This document shows, one piece after another, positions 20,566 to 29,400 of a stretch of DNA of 52,196 bases. The notes below the pieces were generated by a model that was not told the DNA's origin, did not search any database, and saw nothing but the letters and a program-made list of their open reading frames with translations. The position numbers and the translations under genes are program-made. Position 1 is the stretch's first letter, and every line of letters begins with the position of its first letter. Source of the DNA: a virus (taxonomy: Duplodnaviria > Caudoviricetes); IMG/VR virus record IMGVR_UViG_3300034375_003040, positions 1-52,196 of that record. One strand, written 5' to 3'.

Positions 20566-21807
20566 ATGGCAATATACGGTTCACGCTCGCCTTTTAAAAA
20601 AACTGAAGGCAAAGAAAGCCCCATGAAGACTTTTGGCTTTTTAGCGGCGCCAGGCGCTAGCGCTGCAATTTCTTTAGGAGGGGCTGTACTAGGAGCTTTC
20701 GGAAAGCGTAAAGCTAGAAGACAAGCTAGAAGACAACAGCGAGCAGATCAACAAAGGTTTAATGAAATGCAAGCTCAATACAACGCTATTGAGTTTCAAA
20801 ACCCATACGAAGGATTAACAAATCCATACGCTAATCTTACTAATCAAATGTCAGGCCTTGCTAATCAGTATGAAGGTATGACTAATCAATTTGCAGGTCT
20901 TACTAACCAATACGCTGGCTTACAAAGTCAATATGGCGGTATGGAAAATCAGTTTGCTGGGTTAACAAATCAATACGCTGGTTTACAAAATAGATTCTCT
21001 GACATGCAAAATACTATGGAGGATTTAAGAGTTGACACTAGAGCCGCAGAGTTTGCTAGAGAACAATCACAGCAACAACAAGCTAACCTGCTAAGCAGTT
21101 TAGGTGGGGCGGCTGGTTCTAGCGGCGTGGCTGGTTTAGCGCAAAGTTTAGCCGCGGCTGGCAACCAACAAGCAAGGCAAGCTTCTTTAGATATTGCTCA
21201 GCAAGAAAGACAAAACCAAATGGCGTCTCGCGGAGAGGCTAGTAGAATACAACAAATGCAGTTAGGCGAAGCTTCTAGACTTGATCAATTAAGAGCTGGT
21301 GAAACAGCAAGGCTACAAGGCATGACAGCTCAAGAAGCCGCTAGAATAGACCAACTACAAAGAGGTGATAGAGGTAGAATACAACAATTACAAATGGGTG
21401 AAAGAGCTAGACTACAAGGTCTTACTGCTCAGGAAGCTGGTAGGTTAGATCAACTGCAAAGAGGTGAAGCTTCAAGGCTTCAAGGATTGAGCGCTGGCGA
21501 ACAAAGTAGATTAGATCAACTTATAGCTAGCGGCGCTTTTCAAGTAGACATGCTAGATCGCAAAGGCCAACAGTATGTTGAACAACAAAACATAAACAGA
21601 ATAACAAACATGTACGGCTTAAGCGCTAGCAACTTAGCTTCATCTACCGCTGTAAATCAACAAACTCCAGGTTACGCTGGTGATTTGTTAACAGCTTTTG
21701 GAAGCGCGGCAAGCGAAGGAGCTTTTGCTGATGGCTCTTTTTTACAAAACTTGTTTAAGCCTAAGAATCCTGGCTACAACGTAGAAGACAATCCTATTTT
21801 TGGATAA
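20566..21807 (+). CDS. Putative internal virion/DNA ejection protein with 7-aa and 11-aa tandem repeats
   Basis: Gly/Ala hydrophobic N-terminal segment, Gln-rich helical body, repeats; first of three genes in the usual ejectosome position. Confidence 0.6.
   Translation: MAIYGSRSPFKKTEGKESPMKTFGFLAAPGASAAISLGGAVLGAFGKRKARRQARRQQRADQQRFNEMQAQYNAIEFQNPYEGLTNPYANLTNQMSGLANQYEGMTNQFAGLTNQYAGLQSQYGGMENQFAGLTNQYAGLQNRFSDMQNTMEDLRVDTRAAEFAREQSQQQQANLLSSLGGAAGSSGVAGLAQSLAAAGNQQARQASLDIAQQERQNQMASRGEASRIQQMQLGEASRLDQLRAGETARLQGMTAQEAARIDQLQRGDRGRIQQLQMGERARLQGLTAQEAGRLDQLQRGEASRLQGLSAGEQSRLDQLIASGAFQVDMLDRKGQQYVEQQNINRITNMYGLSASNLASSTAVNQQTPGYAGDLLTAFGSAASEGAFADGSFLQNLFKPKNPGYNVEDNPIFG
20800..21027 (+). 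repeat. About 11 degenerate 21-bp (7-aa) coding repeats, N[PQ][YF]xG[LM]x
   Basis: NPYEGLT NPYANLT NQMSGLA NQYEGMT NQFAGLT NQYAGLQ SQYGGME NQFAGLT NQYAGLQ NRFSDMQ NTMEDL. Confidence 0.85.
21229..21525 (+). repeat. Nine degenerate 33-bp (11-aa) coding repeats, xGEAxR[LI]xx[LM]x
   Basis: RGEASRIQQMQ LGEASRLDQLR AGETARLQGMT AQEAARIDQLQ RGDRGRIQQLQ MGERARLQGLT AQEAGRLDQLQ RGEASRLQGLS AGEQSRLDQLI. Confidence 0.85.
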
Positions 21808-21818
21808 AATAATATATT

Positions 21819-23492
21819 ATGGCAGAAGATAAAGACAAACAAGGCAACGAGCTTTTAGGTCAAGACTTTCTTGGCGATATGCAAAAAAATGTTGACAGCA
21901 TGCCGGCTACTGGTTTGTTTGACAAACTAGCTAAGCTTGGAGCACAACAAAGATTACAACCTTTAGCAGATCAAAAAAGGTTTGAAAGTGGCTATAAGCC
22001 TCTTCTTAAAATGGTAGAAAACGCTGAAGACAGAGTTACGGCTGGCATGCTAGCATATAAGTTAGCTAATCCTGATATAGATGACTCAAAACTACACGGC
22101 GGTGTTGGAGATTTAGTTACTAGTACTATGACTGAAAACAACGCTAGGTTTAAAGAGCTAAACAGGCAGCTAGCATATATGTCGCCTAGAAACCCTAAGT
22201 ACGCTGACATAGTGGCTGAAATAGCAGATATAAACAAAAACTCTTTAGGTTTACGTGATCAAAACGCAAAGCTCATGGAAATAAAAAACACCATGAACGA
22301 CGCTAACTTTAACCTTGAAGAAATGTCTAAAGGTAACGCGCCGGGTGTTAAGAACATGTATTCTGATATTCAGCAAGGCGTATCGGATAACTTTCAAACT
22401 ATAGACGGTAAACTTTATTGGGTAGATCCTAATCCCGATATTGCTGATGATGATCCTGATAAAAGAATATCTATAGAGTCAATAAAAGCAGGAACGCCTG
22501 AAATGACTTATGGCGCAGCTTTTGACTCTCACATCGATATGCTAGCCGCCGTTTCTGATATGCCAGCAGAAAGCCCTAACTACGATCAAAACATACACTA
22601 CCAAGTTAACAATATGTTTAGCGATCTTGGTCAAGGCGGCGTTAAGTCGTTAATATTTGACTCTGAGCATAGCTTAGAAGATGACGAAGGAAATCTAGTA
22701 GGTTATAGCAAAAACGGAGACATGTTTAACACTTCAAACTGGTTTAATAAGTTTTATGAAGACCTAGGAGTAACAGATTCAAATGAAATGATAGACGTTA
22801 GGCAAGCTATACAGAAGAATGGTGTTAACCACAAAATAACAGGTGCTGACGGTAAAGAAAGAAAAGTAATTGATCATTTTAGAAAGTGGTATACTGATGA
22901 ACTTAAGAAAGTTGAAAAGTCTGAAAAAGGTAAGCCTAAGGCTACAACTGATCTAAACGATTTTGACGACACTAGAGGCGACGGTGACGACACCGATGTA
23001 ACTTTAAACACTACTGAAAGCGAAGAAACTAACGAGCTTATAGCTAACATAGCTGGTCCTAAACTTGAAAACGGAGTATACCAAAGCCAAACAGGGTCAG
23101 GAATTAACTTTGGAGATGACTTTAGTCCGTTTGCTGGTATAACACAATACGGTTGGGGCGAGCTAAGTGCAAACGATCATATTTTTGAGCTTGGAAAAGG
23201 CGTGCCTGAAACTCTTACTAAAGCTTATTCAGAATACGGGTTTGAGTTTAGTAACGTTGGACAGGTTGAAGATATTCTTTTAGTAAAATACGATCCAAAA
23301 ATACCAGGAGTAAGACCTATAACTAAAACGTTTGAATTCGATAATTACTCAGGTGGAGATATGGCTGGAGATGGCGACGAAGATCATATACAAGCGCTAG
23401 AGTTGCAAAAGTGGATGCACGAAGCAATCGGCTACAAGTCAGATTACGGCTTTAGTGTTGATGATTTAGAAGCAAAACTAGCAGGTCAATAA
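21819..23492 (+). CDS. Putative internal virion/ejection protein
   Basis: 557 aa, acidic and helical; lies between two other putative ejection genes. Confidence 0.5.
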   Translation: MAEDKDKQGNELLGQDFLGDMQKNVDSMPATGLFDKLAKLGAQQRLQPLADQKRFESGYKPLLKMVENAEDRVTAGMLAYKLANPDIDDSKLHGGVGDLVTSTMTENNARFKELNRQLAYMSPRNPKYADIVAEIADINKNSLGLRDQNAKLMEIKNTMNDANFNLEEMSKGNAPGVKNMYSDIQQGVSDNFQTIDGKLYWVDPNPDIADDDPDKRISIESIKAGTPEMTYGAAFDSHIDMLAAVSDMPAESPNYDQNIHYQVNNMFSDLGQGGVKSLIFDSEHSLEDDEGNLVGYSKNGDMFNTSNWFNKFYEDLGVTDSNEMIDVRQAIQKNGVNHKITGADGKERKVIDHFRKWYTDELKKVEKSEKGKPKATTDLNDFDDTRGDGDDTDVTLNTTESEETNELIANIAGPKLENGVYQSQTGSGINFGDDFSPFAGITQYGWGELSANDHIFELGKGVPETLTKAYSEYGFEFSNVGQVEDILLVKYDPKIPGVRPITKTFEFDNYSGGDMAGDGDEDHIQALELQKWMHEAIGYKSDYGFSVDDLEAKLAGQ

Positions 23493-23498
23493 AACTAT

Positions 23499-26400
23499 AT
23501 GAACAATATACAGCATTTATATAAAGCTTTAATAGAAAGCAATCTTTTAAACATATCGTTTGACAAGTTTTCTCAGTTCTACGAGAACGACAAGTACAAG
23601 CAAAATGTTTTTTCTGCTATTAAAGAAAAAGGCTTGTTTGAGGGAGACTTTGAAAAGTTTTCAAGCATGTACAGCCTACCTAAAGCAAAGCCCGGCGTTG
23701 ATGCTGATGGTAATGACATTATGATTGGCGGTAAAGTTAGTCAAGAAAAAAACACTTGGATAGAAAATGCTTTTGGTAAAAACACCGTAACAGACTTTGT
23801 AGGCGATTTATATAGATCTGGCAAACAAGGTTGGGCTGCGGGACAAAGCGTAGATGAAGCTTTAGAAGTATATAAAAAAGGTAGAAACTTATCTGCAGAA
23901 GATTTACAAGCTTTTTTAGACGCTAACAAGCGTATGCAAGAAGCTGGCGTTACAGATGAAATGCTTAACTACCAGAAGATGTACGAAGAAAATGGCGGTG
24001 GTATGTGGGGCGCTGTAAAAGCTTTTGCTGCAAATCCTACTATAGCTCCCTCTGTAATCGTAAGCTCCATAGCTCAAATGATTTCTTCTGCTGAAGACTC
24101 TGAAGAAGTTCTTGGTATGGCCGCTTTATCTTCAGGTGCTGGTGCTGCCGCGGGTGCTGCTATAGGTTCTGCAGGTTTTTCTCTTGGACCTCTTGGTGTA
24201 TTAACGACTGGTGGTGGTGCCGTGTCTGGCGCTGTTGGTGGTTTCTTTGGTGGTCTTACCGGTGTAATGGAAACTGGTAATACTCTAGCTCAACTACTAC
24301 AAGAAGAGATTGGTGAAGGTGTAGAGATGACAAAAGAAAACGTTAGAGCTATACTAGAAGATACCGATAAGTTTCAAGACTTAAAAGACAAAGCTGTAGC
24401 TAGAGGTTTAACTATAGGTGCTATTGAGGGTATAACAGCTGGAATATCAAGAGGTATAGGTAGTGTTGCTGTTAAAGGAGCTACTACCATGGGTAAAGGC
24501 GGTAAAAAAGTTCAAAAAGCTTTAACCGCAACGCAGAAAGGTAGGTTAGCAAAACAAGTTGCTGCGTTAGAAATGGGCGCTGGTGCTGGTGGTGAAGCTT
24601 TAGGTCAAAAGGCCGCTGGACAAGACCTTGACGCTAGTGAAATATTTTTAGAAGGTATAGCTGAAGCTAAAGGTGTTGCAAACGTAGCTGACATACTAGC
24701 TAAAAAGTCTTACACGTTAAACGGTGGTGCTGCAACTAGAAAAGATATAGAAAGCTTTTTAAACAACGAAAACATATCAAACGAAGACAAAGCTAAAGCT
24801 AACATAGAGGTTATTGGCGACAAGTCTTTAAAAGCTTTTGTTGATCAAACTCAAGGCAAGGCAATAGCAGACTCTCAAATAGATTCTAAGATAACAGATA
24901 AAGCCGATAGAGAAGCTTTAGTTGAACTTGAGCAGAAAAGAGTAGATCTAAATAAAAAAGCAGAAAAGAAAGGTATAGAGAAAGTACCTAACGCCGCAGA
25001 ACAACTTGCTACAGTAGAAGCTGAAATAGAAGCTATCATAGGTAAATACGAGGGTGCTGTAGAAATAGGTAAGTCTGAAGGCGCTCAAAAAGTAAGAAGA
25101 GCTAGGCTAGATATACTTAAAGATGAAATAACCGGTAAGGTTAAAAAAATGAAAGCCTACAAAGACATGGACATCGATACTTTTGAAGGAAGTATAGATG
25201 AAATTGTAGAGCAATACACCAATAACTTAGTTGAAAACGCTAGCTACGACATACAAGTGTTAGAAGCAGAGCTTAAAGGTTACCAAGAAAAAGGTGACAC
25301 AAAGTCTGTTAAGAAAGTTCAAGAGATGATAGCTGATCGTCAGTCAATACTTGAAGACGCTGCTAAAGGTTTAACGCAAGACGAAAAAGGTAAAAAGATA
25401 AAAATATCTGAAGCTGTTAACGCTGGTACTTATGGTATGCTTCTTGAAGACAACGCTACTGGTAAGTTAAAAATGGTGTTGAACAACGAAGCGGATATTA
25501 CTGATGAAAAAGGGTATATTAACGTAGCTGCACACGAGTTTTTACATGCTGCTTTACGTAAAACGTTTTTTAAAAAATCTGACGTTGTAGCTGGCATGAC
25601 CGAAGCAAGAGGCGCTGGTATACAGACGGGTCAAAAACTTATTAATCATTTACTTGAGTCTGGCGAGGTTGAGTTTCTTAACGAGATTAAATCTAGGCTA
25701 GAAGCTTATGGCGCTGTAGACAAAGATGGTAAAATTAATTTAACAGAAGACTTGCAAGCGCAAGAGGTTTTAAACCTGCTTTCTGACTCAATGGTTAATG
25801 AAATATACAAGGCTGAAAACGAAGGTTTCTTTGTTAAGCTTGGTAACATTATATCAGAGCAAATACAAAGCTTATTGCCCGCTAGCTACGCTAAAAAATT
25901 ACAGTTTAAAGATGGTAAGCAAGTGTTTGACTTTGTCAAAACTTTTGGTAAAGCTGTAGCTGGAGATAAAGCTGCTGGTAAAGTAATATCGAGAGCTGCT
26001 AAAGAAGGTATTGACGTAGGACCTATTAAAGGAAAAGAAGGCGCTAGAGTTACCGCTCAAAAGTCTTCTGTAATACAAGAAAAAGTTGACGGCTTTGCGT
26101 TAAATGAAGACGGCTCTAAAATGACTAAGCAAGAGTACGACGATAAAGGTAGCGTCGATGCTTACATGTATTTAATAGGCGAGCAAAACATAGATCCTTT
26201 AATTAACAAACAGCTAGTAAAAGCTGGCATAGACATTAATGCTACAGACGCTAACGTAAATGGCGTGCCACTAGAAGAGTTTTTAGAGCGTGTAAGAGAG
26301 TTGTTAATTCCAGATATATTAGGCTTTGATCCAGGTAGAGAAACTACTAAAGATGGCAAGTTTGGTTTATCTGGACACGTAAACAGTCGTATAGCTTTTA

Positions 26401-29400
26401 GAGTTGGCGACGCCGCTAAAAAAGCTAAAAAACAAGTTGCAGCAAGCTCTCTTGACAAAGACGTAAGTGGTGACGGTAAAATGACAGCCGCTGACTTTAT
26501 AGCAGATGAACAAGATGCTATGATTGAGGATTTTGAAAGTCGAGATCAAAGCATATTTGCCGATCCAATAGAAGAGCGTGGTGTCGTAAAGTCTGAATAT
26601 AGACAAAAACTAAAAAGAAAAGACGGTAAAAAGTTTATTGCCGAACAGCAAGAAGAAGATATAAGACAAGGCGTAAGAGATATAGTTAAGTCTCAAAAGA
26701 CTGAAATATCTGAAAAAGACTTTATGCTTAAGTTTGAAAACAATGTTAAGAAGAAAATGAAAAACATTGTGCAGCAAGCTATGGGCAGTGGCAAAAGTTT
26801 TATTGACTTTGTTTATGATAATATTGATGTTATACTAGAATATTCTACAATACAAGATCTTGTTGCAATGGAAAGGCTTGTTGGTCAAAAGTTTCCTGAA
26901 GGCAAAAGAATATTTAGCGTTATAGTAAAGAAAAACATAAGCCCAACAGAGGTTGACAACGCTATAAACAAGGGTAAAATAAAACCTGACGTTGGCAGAA
27001 CTACTGGCCCTGACTTATACGAAAAGCGTAAGCCAACAAAAGCAGAGGTTGAAGCTTTCTTTTTAGGTAAAACTTTTGATGGCCAAACAATGGCAGAAGT
27101 ATTGAACTACGAAATAGGTAGATCAACTAGAGGTACTAGAAAAGATGGCTTATCTCGTATGATGATTTCTACACTAGCTCTTGACGCCGTAATGGAAACA
27201 ATACAGGAGCCTGGCGTTATGGAAGAGGCGAGTGTATTTTCACCGAGCATAAACAAAGAAGTTCAACTTCAAGAGTTAGCGCTAAAAGTTAACAGAGGTA
27301 TTAACACTCAGTTTTCTTATGCTGGTGAAACGCAAGTGATAGAGCTAACAGATCTTCTTGAAAAGAACGGTCAAAAATCTAGCAAGGTCTTAGCATACAT
27401 TAAAAACAACAATATTTCTAAAGAAGTTGAAAACGAAGCTTTAAGAAGATTTGGAGGTAGAGGCCACGATCATCAAGGCGACTTAAATAAGTTACCCGGA
27501 TTTAAACAAAACTTAAAAAATGTTAAAATTGGGCGAGAACCTAGGCATAAATCTTTAGAAAGACTAGTACTTAAAAACTTGTATGATGGCGTAGAAAACA
27601 TTAAAAGCAAAACTAAAGAGGCTATAATGATGATGACTGAGCCTATGGAAGGTTTTATGCCAGACGCTATGCTAATGTTTCAACAAGGCGTAAAAAATAT
27701 TTTAGCAAGCTTTGAAGTTAAAGCAGACATAGCTAGAGGCGTTGCTAAAAGTTTTTGGTTTTCTAGTAAAGATCCTAGCGGTAAAAATCTTAAAACAAGA
27801 AAAGCTTTTGCCGAACAGCGAGACATGGACACTTTTTTAGGTTTATATAAAAAAGCTTTTGTAGAAATTAAAAAAATACCTAAACTTTTAGGCTTAGATT
27901 CTATTGACGGTGACACAATTATATCTCCAGTGCAATGGCAAAAAATAAAAGACAGTAAAATAGCGGCGGCTATATCTGGAATTACAATTGAAATAGATAG
28001 CGATTGGATCTCTAGAGCTTACGCTGCTAAAGAAATAGTAACTCACTACATAAACGTTGGTGCTGCCGGCCTGTTTCATCTTGGCGACGCTAAAAACGAT
28101 GTGTTAAATCTTGGCACGAAGTCTTTTGACGGCACTAAAATAATGTTAAACATTAGACTTGTTTGGAGCGGTAGTATGGGAAGCAAACCCGGCACAAAAA
28201 ACTACGGCAAACCTAAAGGCGGCACAATAAGGCTAAAAGTATATCCTGAAATAAACTCAAAAGATTTTGGAAAATCTAAAATAGGTAACTTAGTTAATCC
28301 TGTCGACGCTGAAGCTATAATGCAAAAAGCAAATCTTAAGCCTCAGGTGTCTAAGAGCAGAGCTAAAAACCAAAGAACAATTAATAATGCTTATAGCAAA
28401 GCTAGGCTTATAAACTCTGACACTGAGGCCAAAGGTATAAGTATATTTGATTTTGACGAAACTGTTGGTGTAAGCGAAAACTTTGTAATCGCAACTAAAG
28501 GCAAACAAACTAAGCGTATAGCTTCTGATGAGTGGCCGTTTGTTGGCGACGTGTTAGCTAGCGAAGGCTGGAACTTTGACTTTACAGACTTTAACAGAGT
28601 TACTAAAGGTAAACCAGGTCCGTTAATGCAAAAGCTTAAAAATCAAATAAAAAAGTACGGCGCTAAAGACGTATACATACTTACAGCTAGAGCACCTGAA
28701 AGTCAAAAAGCAATATATGACTGGTTAAAAACACAAGGCGTAAACTTACCTTACGAAAATATTACTGGGTTAGGCAACAGCACCGGCGAAGCTAAAGCTA
28801 TGTGGATATTAGATAAGTACGCTAACGAAGGATATAATGATATTTACTTTGTAGACGACGCTATACCAAATGTTGAGGCTGTAAAAAATATAATGGATCA
28901 GCTAGACATTAAGTCTAAGTCTGTTCAAGCAAGAGTACAATTTAGTAAAGGTTTAGGCAAAAAGTTTAATGGCATTATAGAACAAAACAAAGGTGTAGAT
29001 GCTGATAAAATATTTTCAGACGTATCTGCTAAAAAGTTTGGAAAAAGAAATAATCCGTTTAGATTTTTTGTACCACCAAGTGCAGACGACTTTTTAGGCT
29101 TGCTTAGATACTTTGTTGGTAAAGGTAAAGTTGGTGAAGCTCAAATGGAGTTCTTTAAAAAAGCTTTAATTGATCCGTTTGCTAGAGCTTATAAAGAAAT
29201 GAACTCTGCTAAGATGGCCATACTTAACGACTATAAAGAGCTATTGAAACAGTTCCCTGACGTTAAAAAGAAGTTAGGTAAGCTTATACCTGGGTCTGAG
29301 TTTACTTATGACAATGCTGTTAGAGTATACTTGTTTAATAAGGCTGGTCATAGTATACCAGGCTTGTCAGACAAAGAAGTTGCTGAGCTCTCTGACGTTG

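Noticed and set aside
20800-21525. Possible CRISPR array or DNA-level tandem repeat
   Set aside because: Repeats are in-frame, synonymously diverged and have no spacers; they are protein repeats
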